Source of the DNA: a virus
Lineage: Duplodnaviria > Caudoviricetes
Virus record (IMG/VR): IMGVR_UViG_3300033062_002592
Coordinates: 42,320 to 106,319 of that record
Reading direction: 5' to 3' (one strand)
Length of the DNA: 64,000 nucleotides
Of the stretch, positions 1 through 10,293 are shown piece after piece. The notes beneath the pieces are model-generated. The model saw nothing but the letters and a program-made list of their open reading frames with translations. It was not told the DNA's origin and searched no databases. The position numbers were made by a program, and so were the translations under genes. The first letter of the stretch is position 1. The number at the start of each line of letters is the position of its first letter.

Positions 1-3
1 CCT

Positions 4-477
4 GTGGCAAAGCAGGGAATTGACAATATATATAAATTAACGGATTCATCCCATGAACGTGTGCGCGACATTATGGCAACGTTTGCGCCAAGATATGATA
101 ATTTGATGTATATTTTTGCAATACATCATTGTTGTGCTGAATACAAAAAAGAAGTTGATATTAAAGATATCAAATATGGAATTTGGATGACTTCAAAATT
201 ATTCAGTGAAGTTATGGCATGGGTTGAAGAAAATATTCATTTATCCAAATTATCATCGAAAGACCAAAGTTATCTCAATAGCGCCTTCCAAATTTATACC
301 ATGATGCAGAAAGATTCAAATGGATATGTATATCTGCAGGCGCTTATTGAAAATTGTAGTAACAGATGGAGAATTACAAAACCTTCGGTGGCGAGAAAAT
401 TGGAAAGATTTGGTGGATATAATAAATTAAAAAGAATAAGACAAAATACGACAGATTTAGTAAAAATTGAATTATAA
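4..477 (+). CDS. hypothetical protein (possibly 5'-truncated by the window edge)
   Basis: 157-aa ORF, co-oriented with the downstream operon; no motif recognised. Confidence 0.55.
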   Translation: MAKQGIDNIYKLTDSSHERVRDIMATFAPRYDNLMYIFAIHHCCAEYKKEVDIKDIKYGIWMTSKLFSEVMAWVEENIHLSKLSSKDQSYLNSAFQIYTMMQKDSNGYVYLQALIENCSNRWRITKPSVARKLERFGGYNKLKRIRQNTTDLVKIEL

Positions 478-491
478 ATTGAGGTGAAAAA

Positions 492-1751
492 ATGGAAAAA
501 ACAAAAATAATGCTGATGACTGATTCAAATACAAGAACTGGATTTGGCGGCGTTTCACATAATATAGCCATAGGCTTGGCTGAAAACAATTTCGATGTAT
601 CTTGGCTTGGCTGGGGTTTTCATGCTGACGGTCCAATGCCCCGCGCTAATTATATATTATTGCCATCTGGTCAAGCTCCCTTTGGTGAAGACATTCTACC
701 ATATTATCTTCAAGTTATAAAACCAGAAGTTTTCATGACTCAAGCCGACACAAGAATGGTAATGAATATTCCTCAAGCCCTAAAGCAAGTTCCTAATAAG
801 CCAGCGTGGGTATTCTACGTAGTCATAGATGGTTCGACTTGGGATTATAAAGGCGAAAACAAGAAATGGCCCACAAACTGGCTCAATTGCATCAAGCAAG
901 CCGACAAAGTTGTAACCATGACAAAGTTTGGTCAAGATATACTACAGGCGAATGGCGTAGAGTCTCAAGTGATTTATCACGGCGTAGAGACTTCTCGTTA
1001 TACCCCAATATCAGAAGAAAATAAACGCAAGCTGAAAGCCTCGTCCGGCCTTCAAGAGGATCTATTCATCTTTGGTGGAGTCTTCAAAAACATGGCGCGC
1101 AAATGTCCAGAAAAATATCTTCAAGCGTTCAAAATTTTTTACGAAAGCTTAAACGAAGCACAGCAAAGCAAAGTTGCACTTCTTTTACACACAAATCCTG
1201 GACCTGGTCCCTCTGGAGAATTTGACCTAGTTGAACAATGTGTGGATTATGGATTAACGCCAGGAAAAAATGTAATCTTTAGTATGCAAAACGTTCCACC
1301 AGATTTAATGCAACTTGTTTATCAATCAATGGATGTCTATCTACACCTTGGTACAATGGAAGGCTTTGGACTGCCAATTATAGAGGCAATGTCCTGCGGC
1401 ATTCCCAGCATTGGTATCAACAGTTGTACGATGCCCGAATTAATTGGAGACTGCGGCATACTTTCAGAAGTTCCCCGCTATAACAAGACTCATAAGATAA
1501 GCTTCGGCTCATACAATGGCGTTGAATGCGACATAGTTGATCCTTGGGATATTGCAAAAAAGATGCAGAAGCTCTATGAAAGTGAAGCCCTCAGAAAAGA
1601 ACTTGGCTTTAAATCTACAGAACGCGCAGTAAAAACTTTTGATTGGTCAATAATCCGAAAGCAGTGGGTTGATTTAATGAAGTCATTGGTAATCACAGAA
1701 GATAAAATCCCTGAAGAGTGGCAAAAGCTTTATGCCGAGACAAAAGTCTAA
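492..1751 (+). CDS. GT-B fold glycosyltransferase (GT4 family)
   Basis: N-terminal TGFG, IYHGV, EGFGLPIIEAMSCG signature, F(D)W near the C-terminus; SD GAGGTGA upstream. Confidence 0.9.
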   Translation: MEKTKIMLMTDSNTRTGFGGVSHNIAIGLAENNFDVSWLGWGFHADGPMPRANYILLPSGQAPFGEDILPYYLQVIKPEVFMTQADTRMVMNIPQALKQVPNKPAWVFYVVIDGSTWDYKGENKKWPTNWLNCIKQADKVVTMTKFGQDILQANGVESQVIYHGVETSRYTPISEENKRKLKASSGLQEDLFIFGGVFKNMARKCPEKYLQAFKIFYESLNEAQQSKVALLLHTNPGPGPSGEFDLVEQCVDYGLTPGKNVIFSMQNVPPDLMQLVYQSMDVYLHLGTMEGFGLPIIEAMSCGIPSIGINSCTMPELIGDCGILSEVPRYNKTHKISFGSYNGVECDIVDPWDIAKKMQKLYESEALRKELGFKSTERAVKTFDWSIIRKQWVDLMKSLVITEDKIPEEWQKLYAETKV

Positions 1752-1851
1752 ACCAAAAGTTTGCAAAGAAAAAAACTGCAAAAAATGCATGGAACATTTT
1801 CATGTTGAAATACTTTGGTATTGTCCTTATGGTAAAAGAAGGCAAGATTAA

Positions 1852-2199
1852 ATGAAAAGCAAAAGTAGTGAATACCAACCCTTAGTATTACCAGATAAAT
1901 TAGATGAATTATTTAAGATGCAAAGAGAATTCCAAGATGAACATGGATACTGGCCCGATTTACACCATGTTTGTGCCGCCGGTGCTGCAGAGTTTTTAGA
2001 ACTTTGGGCAAAAAGCGGTGGCAAATGGTGGAAGAAACACAAAGTTGCACTTAAAGAAGAACAAGTAGAGGAACTCGTTGATGTTCTCCATTTCTTTCTT
2101 TTGGCCTGTTTAAAACTTGAGATTACTCCCCTAGAACTGTTTGACGCTTATAAGGAAAAATTAAACGTCAATATTGAAAGAGCAAAAAACAATTATTAG
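1852..2199 (+). CDS. dimeric all-alpha dUTPase / MazG-like NTP pyrophosphatase
   Basis: LFKMQREF, KWWK, EELVDVLHFFL and YKEKLNVNIER motifs typical of dUTPase_2. Confidence 0.8.
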   Translation: MKSKSSEYQPLVLPDKLDELFKMQREFQDEHGYWPDLHHVCAAGAAEFLELWAKSGGKWWKKHKVALKEEQVEELVDVLHFFLLACLKLEITPLELFDAYKEKLNVNIERAKNNY

Positions 2200-2211
2200 G
2201 AGATTTTTATT

Positions 2212-3960
2212 ATGACAGAAGATTTTAAACTTATCGAAGAATATCTCGCAAATCACAATTGGAGAATAAGTGAAAACTCAAATACAACTTACAGCTTCTC
2301 AGGATTAAAATCCTATTTAGATTCGCATATCTTGGCCGATTTTGCATTATCTAAATTGCCAGAAGAAATCCGTAAAGCCCATAAAAATGGAGATTTCCAC
2401 ATTCACAATTTAGAATCTGGAAATCTTATCAGATATTGCAGCGGTAACTCGTTGCAAATGTTATTACTGAAGGGCTTGTGGACTCCTTCTCTGATTTCTA
2501 AACCCGCAAAACATTTTAGCGCCGTTGTTGACCATGTGATGAATTATCTTTACATGATTCAAATGGAAACTGCGGGTGCTGTTGCATTTAATGATGTAGA
2601 TACCTTGTTAGCACCGTTTATCAGACATGACAAACTTGATTTCAATCACGTAAAACAGGACATTCAAAGATTAATCTTTAACTTGAATTTTACATTGCGC
2701 TCAGCCTCTCAAACGCCCTTCAGCAATGTTTCATTAAACTTCGGCGTTCCTAAATATCTTAAGAACAGCCCCGCCATAATAGGCGGCGAAGTTAAAGACA
2801 ATCCATGTTACAGCGATTATGAAAAAGAGATTGAAATGTTTGATATAGCTTTCTCAGAGATTCTCATGGATCGCGATGGCAAAATGCGCCCCTTTACATT
2901 TCCCATTCCCACAATTAATCTTACTAAAGCCATAAATTGGGATTCTGAAGCCATTAGAATGATGCTCATAGAAGACATTACATTGGGATCATTTTATTTC
3001 ATGAATTATATTGGCTCAGGCATTTCAGAAGAAACCGTTAGAGCCATGTGTTGCAGATTGAATATTGATACATCAGAATTGTCTTCTGCTGGTGGACTAT
3101 GGAACATGGGTGATTCCACAGGCAGCCTCGGAGTTGTTACACTTAATCTCGCAAGAATTGGATATCTCTCAAAAACAGAGGATGAAATTTATGAACGTCT
3201 TACAGCTTTGCTAAAGCTCGCTGTTGAAGAATTATTAATTAAAGAGCAGATGATACGCAAAGGTTATGAAGCGGGTCTTTCTCCCTTTTCAGAATACTAT
3301 GATTTGAATCTAGACCATTACTTTAGAACAATTGGTATAGTAGGACTTAACGAGCTTTGCTTAAACTTTACAGGCAAAGGCTTGATAGATAATGCAGAGC
3401 TAGGCTACAAAATACTATCATTCTTGAGAGGTAAAATCAAAGAAATTCAGAAAGAAACTAAAAAGCTGTTTAATCTTGAAATGACTCCAGCTGAAGGTAG
3501 TTCATACCGATTAGCCAAGAAAGACTTGGAGAAGTATGCTAACATTAAAACTTTGGGAACAAAGGAAGCACCATATTATACATCGTTGTTGATTCCACCA
3601 TCTGAAGCCATGGACGTTTGGGAACGTTTGAAAATCGAAGAAAAGTTATTACCACTATTCTCAGGCGGAACAGTCTTCCGAGTTTTCGTTGGCGATGAAA
3701 CAGATGATATTAACAGCGTAAAAAAATTGATTCAAACTATAGCTGCTTCGAAGATTCCATATTTTGACATTACAAGAACCTTTTCAGTCTGCGCAGGTGA
3801 AGGTAAGTTCTACAACGGAGAGGTTGAAATCTGCCCAAGCTGTGGTAAGCGAACTGAAGTATTTTCAAGAGTTGTGGGATATTATCGACCAGTAAATAAA
3901 TGGAATATTGGAAAGCAACAAGAATTTAAAGAAAGAAAATACGTTAAAATTGGCGGATGA
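2212..3960 (+). CDS. nrdD: anaerobic (class III) ribonucleoside-triphosphate reductase, no ATP cone
   Basis: HIHNL..YC, FTFPIPT, AMCCRL, NLEMTPAEG, C-terminal Zn-site Cys and glycyl-radical loop SRVVGYY. Confidence 0.93.
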   Translation: MTEDFKLIEEYLANHNWRISENSNTTYSFSGLKSYLDSHILADFALSKLPEEIRKAHKNGDFHIHNLESGNLIRYCSGNSLQMLLLKGLWTPSLISKPAKHFSAVVDHVMNYLYMIQMETAGAVAFNDVDTLLAPFIRHDKLDFNHVKQDIQRLIFNLNFTLRSASQTPFSNVSLNFGVPKYLKNSPAIIGGEVKDNPCYSDYEKEIEMFDIAFSEILMDRDGKMRPFTFPIPTINLTKAINWDSEAIRMMLIEDITLGSFYFMNYIGSGISEETVRAMCCRLNIDTSELSSAGGLWNMGDSTGSLGVVTLNLARIGYLSKTEDEIYERLTALLKLAVEELLIKEQMIRKGYEAGLSPFSEYYDLNLDHYFRTIGIVGLNELCLNFTGKGLIDNAELGYKILSFLRGKIKEIQKETKKLFNLEMTPAEGSSYRLAKKDLEKYANIKTLGTKEAPYYTSLLIPPSEAMDVWERLKIEEKLLPLFSGGTVFRVFVGDETDDINSVKKLIQTIAASKIPYFDITRTFSVCAGEGKFYNGEVEICPSCGKRTEVFSRVVGYYRPVNKWNIGKQQEFKERKYVKIGG

Positions 3961-3961
3961 A

Positions 3962-4117
3962 ATGAACAAAGTTTTTTGCGATTATTGCCATAATGAGATT
4001 CCTCCAGATAAAGTTTATGAAGTAATCTTGAGATATCCCGGAGAAATTTGTGGAACTTGGGACGCCTGTGAAAATTGCTTCAAAGTTATTGAATCAAAAT
4101 TGGGATTGAAAAAATGA
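3962..4117 (+). CDS. small Zn-finger protein
   Basis: MNKVFCDYC...DACENC (two CxxC); ATG immediately after the nrdD stop. Confidence 0.6.
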   Translation: MNKVFCDYCHNEIPPDKVYEVILRYPGEICGTWDACENCFKVIESKLGLKK

Positions 4118-4266
4118 AATGTCATTGCGGATCCGAGCTTAAAGCCGAAGATAGTAAAAGTGGAGAAATCTGGGTCTGCCCCAAATGTGAATGCAAATTC
4201 AGGTTTACTTTAGTAAAATGGCAGAACAAATGCTATGCAAAGTTTCACAAAGACCAAAATACTTAA
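4114..4266 (+). CDS. small Zn-ribbon protein (50 aa, not in the ORF track)
   Basis: Translated by hand: MKCHCGSELKAEDSKSGEIWVCPKCECKFRF...; ATGA overlap with the upstream stop. Confidence 0.65.
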   Translation: MKCHCGSELKAEDSKSGEIWVCPKCECKFRFTLVKWQNKCYAKFHKDQNT

Positions 4267-4270
4267 ATAC
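4254..4270 (+). promoter_or_regulatory. archaeal BRE-TATA promoter
   Basis: CCAAAATACTTAAATAC about 33 nt upstream of ORF 4303; same architecture as the promoters at 61381, 61769 and 62335. Confidence 0.55.
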
Positions 4271-4302
4271 TTGTATTGCTTATATGTATATGAGATGTTT
4301 TT

Positions 4303-4644
4303 TTGCTGATAGACAATACAAGAGTCCAAGTTATGCAATTTGAAAACCTTCGAGAATTTATTAAGCCAAGTTCAAGTTGCTATGTTTTAAAGTATGAACT
4401 CGGCGATGAAGATGCTGTCTATTACACCATCGCTGATGGTTCAAACTTTGCATTATTGGCATTCTGTCTTGATAAAAATTTTAAAACGGAAAACGTCAAG
4501 ATTGAAGGAGATAAGATTATAGAAGCTACAGGCCCCTCAGGAACCACAGTTGTTCTTGCAAATGTTATTAATGATACATTCTTAGAAGCCGTTCTTGATG
4601 AATATTTTGGGAAAAAACCTAGGAAAAAGAAAAATGAAAATTAA
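4303..4644 (+). CDS. hypothetical protein
   Basis: 113-aa ORF, TTG start, downstream of a promoter. Confidence 0.6.
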   Translation: MLIDNTRVQVMQFENLREFIKPSSSCYVLKYELGDEDAVYYTIADGSNFALLAFCLDKNFKTENVKIEGDKIIEATGPSGTTVVLANVINDTFLEAVLDEYFGKKPRKKKNEN

Positions 4645-5551
4645 AACTGTAGCACTTTGCGGCTCAAATATTGGTGATTATCTTTTCGACATTGTGGCAG
4701 AGGGTATGGTTTATTTATTGGGCCGAAAAAACGTTTATATAAAAGATTTGTATATTGCGCCCAATGATCCAAACCAAGATTTACATGGTGGTTATTCATA
4801 TACAAACGAATTTTTGCGAGAGCCAAATGAAATTTCTTCATTGTTTGACTGTGATGTTTTAATTAATAATTACGCTAGAGCGCCAGGAGATATAGGTGAA
4901 CATAAAGAGGCACCGGAATTCAAAAAATCTGGAAAAACCGTTGTTATAATTGATGGCGGCGATTTTCCGAATATGTGGTACCATATTCCCCATGATTTAT
5001 ATTTTAAAAAGGAATATTATATCAATCAAACTTATCCCAAAGATGTATTTAATTTGCCCTTTGCTGCAAAAATGTTTAAATATGATTTTCCCAACATAGA
5101 AAAAACAGGAGATATAAGTCTTTTTGGTAGTCTTGGTGCAAACCCTTTGCGTGGCCAACTTATGGAAGCATTTAAAAAGACAAGTTTTAAATGTAATTTT
5201 GGTGGGCATTCTCTTCAATATATGAAATATCTTGAAGAAGTGCGCAGGCATTGGCTTTGTCTTTCAACTCCAAGCGCTAGTTGGGATACTTACAGATATT
5301 GGGAATTACCCTATTTTGCTTGCCCCATGTTATGTAGTCGCCCAATGATAAAAATAGATAATGATTTTGTTGATAAAGAAAGTTGTTTAAAATTTGACAC
5401 TGCTGAAGAAGCGGTTAAAATTGCAGAAGAGTATCTTCCTCAAAAAGAAGTTTTGTTAAAAATTGGAGAAAAGGCAAGAGAAGTTTCCCTGAAATATAAT
5501 TTGTCTATACATCGAGCGCAAAAAGTTTTGGATGAAGTTGAAAAATTATGA
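4634..5551 (+). CDS. GT-B glycosyltransferase-like protein (Glyco_trans_1_2/CgeB-like)
   Basis: IIDGGD, YFKKE, C-terminal WDTYRYWE..F and GEKARE..HRAQKVL pattern. Confidence 0.65.
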   Translation: MKIKTVALCGSNIGDYLFDIVAEGMVYLLGRKNVYIKDLYIAPNDPNQDLHGGYSYTNEFLREPNEISSLFDCDVLINNYARAPGDIGEHKEAPEFKKSGKTVVIIDGGDFPNMWYHIPHDLYFKKEYYINQTYPKDVFNLPFAAKMFKYDFPNIEKTGDISLFGSLGANPLRGQLMEAFKKTSFKCNFGGHSLQYMKYLEEVRRHWLCLSTPSASWDTYRYWELPYFACPMLCSRPMIKIDNDFVDKESCLKFDTAEEAVKIAEEYLPQKEVLLKIGEKAREVSLKYNLSIHRAQKVLDEVEKL

Positions 5552-6114
5552 AGTGGCAAGATTTAACAAAAGAAGATTATGAAACAAGTTGGGGCGTTGC
5601 CAACTATTTAGATAAAATTGTTTTAGACGTTGGCGCAGATGTTGGAAGCACTGCATTATTTTTCATAGAAAGAGGAGCAAAAAACATTATTTGTGTGGAT
5701 ACAGATACTTCAGGATTAACAAAAAATGCTCAAGAGATTCCTCAAATAAGCAAAATTGTAAATGTTAATATCCAAGATAAATATACAATGGAGCGAGTTC
5801 TTTTAGAAACGGCGGATATTGTAAAGATGGATATAGAAGGAGCTGAAATGTGGCTATTAGAAGTTGATCCACGAATATTGCAGCAACATAAAGAATATAT
5901 TATTGAGATTCATGGTAGTTGTATTCATCATACTCCTGTTTGTGATCCACAATGTCTTTACACTTATATTAAAGATATGTTTTTGAAAAATAACTTTGAA
6001 ATTTTGGATGATTTCATATTTTATTGGAATCCTGTTTATTGTTCAGAATATAAAGGAGAACGCAATAGTCCCGAAAATAAAGGATTACATATTGTTTACT
6101 GCAGGAGAAAATAA
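5548..6114 (+). CDS. class I SAM methyltransferase (FkbM-like)
   Basis: VLDVGADVG motif I; DIVKMDIEGAE; IEIH. Confidence 0.8.
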   Translation: MKWQDLTKEDYETSWGVANYLDKIVLDVGADVGSTALFFIERGAKNIICVDTDTSGLTKNAQEIPQISKIVNVNIQDKYTMERVLLETADIVKMDIEGAEMWLLEVDPRILQQHKEYIIEIHGSCIHHTPVCDPQCLYTYIKDMFLKNNFEILDDFIFYWNPVYCSEYKGERNSPENKGLHIVYCRRK

Positions 6115-7047
6115 ATGAAGATTTTTATAACCGGAGGAACAGGGTTTATTGGAGAAAACCTTGTAAATAAACTGTTAGAACGAAACCATGAAATATATGT
6201 ATTATGTAGAAATGTTACAGACCGCAAAATTACACTTCCCCAAGGCACCAATATTGTTTATGGAGACCTTATTGATGGGCATTTTCTAAAGAAATCCTTA
6301 AAGGAAATAAATCCCGATGTGGTAGTTCATCTTGCTTCAGTCTCTTCGGTCGCTTATGGGCATCAACATGCTCAAGAAAATTTTGAAATTACATTTCTTG
6401 GAACAGTAAATATTCAAAAAGCCTGTGAAGGATTATCAAACTTGCAAAAATTTATTTTTGCGGGAACTTCTGAAGAATATGGCAATCAAACACAATTTCC
6501 AATAAAAGAAAATGCTCCTCTTTTTCCCAATCAACCATATGCCATAGCCAAAGTTGCTTCAGATTATTATCTTGATTATTGTAAAATAGCAAATGGTTTT
6601 CCATCAGTTATTCTACGCCCGTTCAATACATATGGTAGAACAAAGAATTTTACATTTGTAACTGAAAGCATTATATATCAAATGCTTACAAAAGATAAGG
6701 TTATCTTGGGAAATCCCGATGCAACTAGAGATTTGCTCTATGTGGATGACCATGTTAATGGATATATCAAAGCAATTGAAACAACAAAAGACCTTGAAAA
6801 ATGCAGAGCCATAAACTTATGCACTGGAATCGGAACATCTATAAAAACTCTTGCTGAAAAAATTCAAAAAATTGCCGATTTTAAAGGCGAAATAATTTGG
6901 AATATAAAAATTCGCCCAACTGAAATTAATAAGCTCGTTGGAGATTGGGGTCCAGCCTTTGATTATTTAGAATGGCGCCCACAAACCTCATTAGATGAGG
7001 GTTTAAGTTTAGCAACTTATAAGATAAAATCTTTGGTGGTGAAATAG
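6115..7047 (+). CDS. NAD-dependent nucleotide-sugar epimerase/dehydratase (extended SDR)
   Basis: ITGGTGFIG, TSEEYG, PYAIAK (YxxxK), RPFNTYG, RDLLYVDD. Confidence 0.9.
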   Translation: MKIFITGGTGFIGENLVNKLLERNHEIYVLCRNVTDRKITLPQGTNIVYGDLIDGHFLKKSLKEINPDVVVHLASVSSVAYGHQHAQENFEITFLGTVNIQKACEGLSNLQKFIFAGTSEEYGNQTQFPIKENAPLFPNQPYAIAKVASDYYLDYCKIANGFPSVILRPFNTYGRTKNFTFVTESIIYQMLTKDKVILGNPDATRDLLYVDDHVNGYIKAIETTKDLEKCRAINLCTGIGTSIKTLAEKIQKIADFKGEIIWNIKIRPTEINKLVGDWGPAFDYLEWRPQTSLDEGLSLATYKIKSLVVK

Positions 7048-7635
7048 ATGAAGATAAGTAATGAAGAATGGGAAACTTTAAAAACCTTTTTTATGTTTCA
7101 AAAAGGTTTAAGTATGCAAGAAGATATATTGATACTATATAATTTTTCTAAAAACATGGGGTTTAACCATATTCTTGAACTTGGAATAGGAGTAGAGGCA
7201 AATGCAACAAAAGCTTTCGCCTTTGCTAAAGCACAGTTGCCAAGTACATCCTTTACAAGCGTTGATTTCAGCGAAGAAAATATTAAAATTTCCAGAAAAA
7301 TTCTTGAAGATTTTCATCTTGATAAATATGTTGAATTAATACATTCAGATTCGGTGGAATTTCTAAAAAACGCTCCTAAAAACTATTATGATTTAATATT
7401 TATAGATACAAGCCATTCATTTGAACATACTGTTGCAGAAATTGAGTTGTCAACAGAAAAATTCGATCCTGCTGGATACATATTTTTGCATGATACAAGA
7501 CAAATAGGAGTAAAAAATGCCATAGATTATTTTGTGCAGAAAAATCCATTATTCATACACACAGAGTTTAATACTGTAGCTGGGTTGGGTTCCCTTGCAA
7601 AAAAATCTTATGAAAAACAATTGAAAGAAATTTAG
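7048..7635 (+). CDS. class I SAM methyltransferase (Methyltransf_24-like)
   Basis: ILELG, DLIFIDTSH, GYIFLHD. Confidence 0.8.
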   Translation: MKISNEEWETLKTFFMFQKGLSMQEDILILYNFSKNMGFNHILELGIGVEANATKAFAFAKAQLPSTSFTSVDFSEENIKISRKILEDFHLDKYVELIHSDSVEFLKNAPKNYYDLIFIDTSHSFEHTVAEIELSTEKFDPAGYIFLHDTRQIGVKNAIDYFVQKNPLFIHTEFNTVAGLGSLAKKSYEKQLKEI

Positions 7636-7657
7636 TCATTAAAATATACGTGATTAT

Positions 7658-8515
7658 ATGAATCAAAAAAAGATAGCTATTATGGGCGCCAGGGGGCATG
7701 TTGCAACAAATATTTACTGGCAATTACGAGATAATAATGAAATTTACCAATTTTCTAGGGAACAAATTGAAGATCCTCAAGGAGGATATCTTGTTTATCC
7801 TTATTCAGATTTTTTCAACTATGATTATGATTTAATTATAAATTGTGTTGGCTTTGGAAATCCAGAGGAGATTGAAACCGCTGGAGTGCAGTTATTTCTT
7901 GTAACCGAAGAATATGATAATAAAGTCCTAAGTTATTTAAATGAACATCCAAACACAAGATATATTTTTATCAGTTCTGGTGCTGTTCATAATCAATTTT
8001 TTGTTGATGACCTTCAAAAAAAGAATTTTTATCAGATTTCAAAGATAAATGCCGAAGCAAAACACAGGTCTCTTCCAGCTTTAAATATAGTTGATATTAG
8101 ATTGTATTCATTTTTTACTCGTTTTACAAATCTTGATTCCAAATTTTTTATGAGTGCTTTGATAAAGGCAATTTTAACTAAAACGGTATTTGTAACAAAC
8201 GAGAGAGAAATGATTAGGGACTATATAAATCCAAAAGACCTTATTAATCTTATAGAGTTATCCCTTAAACCAAAACATTTAAATGAAGGATTTGATATAT
8301 ACAGTCTAAGTCCCATTTCAAAGTTTGAAATACTTCGGTATTTTCAAGATAAATGTAGATTAAAGGTAAAATTCGATAACAGATATAAAAGCTTTAGTTC
8401 TGTGGGTAAAGATATTTATGCTTCAACTTTTAAAAGGAAAGCAGCGATTCTCGGTTACAAACCAAAATATACATCTCTGAAAACCATAAAGGAAGAATCT
8501 GCATGTCTCCTATGA
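7658..8515 (+). CDS. NAD-dependent sugar epimerase/reductase (SDR)
   Basis: IMGARGHVA Rossmann start, FISSGAV, YQISK (YxxxK), RDYI. Confidence 0.75.
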   Translation: MNQKKIAIMGARGHVATNIYWQLRDNNEIYQFSREQIEDPQGGYLVYPYSDFFNYDYDLIINCVGFGNPEEIETAGVQLFLVTEEYDNKVLSYLNEHPNTRYIFISSGAVHNQFFVDDLQKKNFYQISKINAEAKHRSLPALNIVDIRLYSFFTRFTNLDSKFFMSALIKAILTKTVFVTNEREMIRDYINPKDLINLIELSLKPKHLNEGFDIYSLSPISKFEILRYFQDKCRLKVKFDNRYKSFSSVGKDIYASTFKRKAAILGYKPKYTSLKTIKEESACLL

Positions 8516-10293
8516 AAACTTCAGAATATATTGTAAAATATTTACATGAATATGGAATCGAATATATATTCATGATTCCGGGTGGCGGAGCCATGTTTCT
8601 CAACGATGCGGTTGGTTATGGACCCATAAAATACGTCTGTACACATGGCGAACAAGCTGCGACCATGGCTGCTAAAGCTTACGCACAATACAGTGGCAAA
8701 CTTGGAGTTGTCTGTGTAACAACAGGTTGCGGCGGCACAAATACAATAACTGGAGTTTTGGATGCATATCAAGATAACGCTCCAATTCTAATTATTTCAG
8801 GTAACAACAACCTTTGGGAAACAATCAAAGGCTCGGGTCTTAAACTAAAACAATTTGGTGGACAAGAAGCCGATATATTATCAATTGTTGAACCCATCAC
8901 AAAATATGCTAAAATGGTTGAAAAGCCAGAAGATATAAAATATGAATTACAAAAGGCAATTCATGTTGCAACCCATGGAAGTCCGGGACCCGTGTGGCTT
9001 GACATACCTATGAATATTCAATGTGCCCAAATTGATGAAACAAAACTTTCAGAGTTTGTACCATCCAGAGAAGTATTGAAACCTATTAGTGAAGAAATTT
9101 CAAAAATGGTGATGATGTTTCAACAAGCTTCAAGACCTATAGTTTTGGTTGGACAAGGAGTTCGACTTGCTAAATCTATATCCGAATTTAAAAAATTCAT
9201 AGAAGAAAACAATCTTCCAGTAGTTGCCTCTAAGTTAGGAATTGACATTCTTGAATATGATAATCCATTATATATTGGTAATATTGGAACTAAAGGTGAC
9301 CGTGCAGGAAATTTTGCGATTCAAAATTCGGATTTAGTTTTAGTTTTAGGTTCAAGACTTGCAGTTAGTTCCACAAGCCAGAGGTTTAATTGGTTTGCCA
9401 GAGAAGCCAAAAAAATTGTAGTTGATATAAATTCTATTGAGCACCAAAAGAAAACTGTTAAAATAGATTTATTTATTGAATGTGATTTGAAAAAATTTTT
9501 TGAAATGATGAATTATATTTGTTTAAAGACAGCAAAATCTTCTTGGGTTGAAATATGCCAACATTGGAAAGAAATCTTCAAAACATATTCACCAAGCTTT
9601 GCAGAAAGCGAAAAAATCAATCTGTATTACTTTGCAGAAATACTTTCTCAAAAACTGCGTCCAAACAATGCTATTGTAGGCGATGCAGGATCAAATATGT
9701 TTATTCCCGCCCAAGGAATTCATATTAGTGGTTCCCAAAGATTCATTTTTAGTGCGGCTCAAACGACCATGGGATTCACGCTTCCAGCTTGTGTGGGCGT
9801 CAGCTTAGCAAAAAATAAAGGAGAAGTCATAGGCATCTGCGGCGATGGCTCTTTCCAATTTAACATTCATGAATTGCAAACAATAAAACATCATAATTTA
9901 CCAGTTAAAATTTTTGTCTGGAATAATGGAGGGTATCTCACAATGAGAAATACTCAAATGAACTTTTTCAAAAGGCTTAATGCTTGCACCCCAGAAACTG
10001 GCGTTTCATTTCCAGATACATCAAAGATAGCTAATGCCTATGATATAATGTATTTCAAGGCTGATAACAGTAAATCTCTTCCAAGAATTATAGATGATGT
10101 TTTAAATCATAAAGGACCAGTAATATGTGAAGTTATGTGTCTTTATAACCAACCAATTTTAACAGTGCTTGGAAAGCAAAATCCAGATGGTTCGTTTACA
10201 TCAAGACCGCTTGAAGATATGTATCCATTTTTAGATAGAAAAATATTCTTTAAGGAAATGATAATAAACCCGGTTGAAACTTCTTATGATTAA
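8503..10293 (+). CDS. thiamine-pyrophosphate-dependent enzyme (acetolactate synthase/YerE-like), probably branched-chain sugar synthesis; start may be 8512
   Basis: PGGGAMFLND, HGEQAA, GPVWLDIP, TPP motif GDGS...NNGGY, C-terminal PLEDMYP; sits beside CDP-glucose dehydratase. Confidence 0.85.
   Translation: MSPMKTSEYIVKYLHEYGIEYIFMIPGGGAMFLNDAVGYGPIKYVCTHGEQAATMAAKAYAQYSGKLGVVCVTTGCGGTNTITGVLDAYQDNAPILIISGNNNLWETIKGSGLKLKQFGGQEADILSIVEPITKYAKMVEKPEDIKYELQKAIHVATHGSPGPVWLDIPMNIQCAQIDETKLSEFVPSREVLKPISEEISKMVMMFQQASRPIVLVGQGVRLAKSISEFKKFIEENNLPVVASKLGIDILEYDNPLYIGNIGTKGDRAGNFAIQNSDLVLVLGSRLAVSSTSQRFNWFAREAKKIVVDINSIEHQKKTVKIDLFIECDLKKFFEMMNYICLKTAKSSWVEICQHWKEIFKTYSPSFAESEKINLYYFAEILSQKLRPNNAIVGDAGSNMFIPAQGIHISGSQRFIFSAAQTTMGFTLPACVGVSLAKNKGEVIGICGDGSFQFNIHELQTIKHHNLPVKIFVWNNGGYLTMRNTQMNFFKRLNACTPETGVSFPDTSKIANAYDIMYFKADNSKSLPRIIDDVLNHKGPVICEVMCLYNQPILTVLGKQNPDGSFTSRPLEDMYPFLDRKIFFKEMIINPVETSYD

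Noticed and set aside
8503-10293. Acetolactate synthase as an amino-acid biosynthesis auxiliary gene
   Set aside because: No ilvN/ilvC/ilvD; the context is entirely nucleotide-sugar genes, which favours a YerE-like role.
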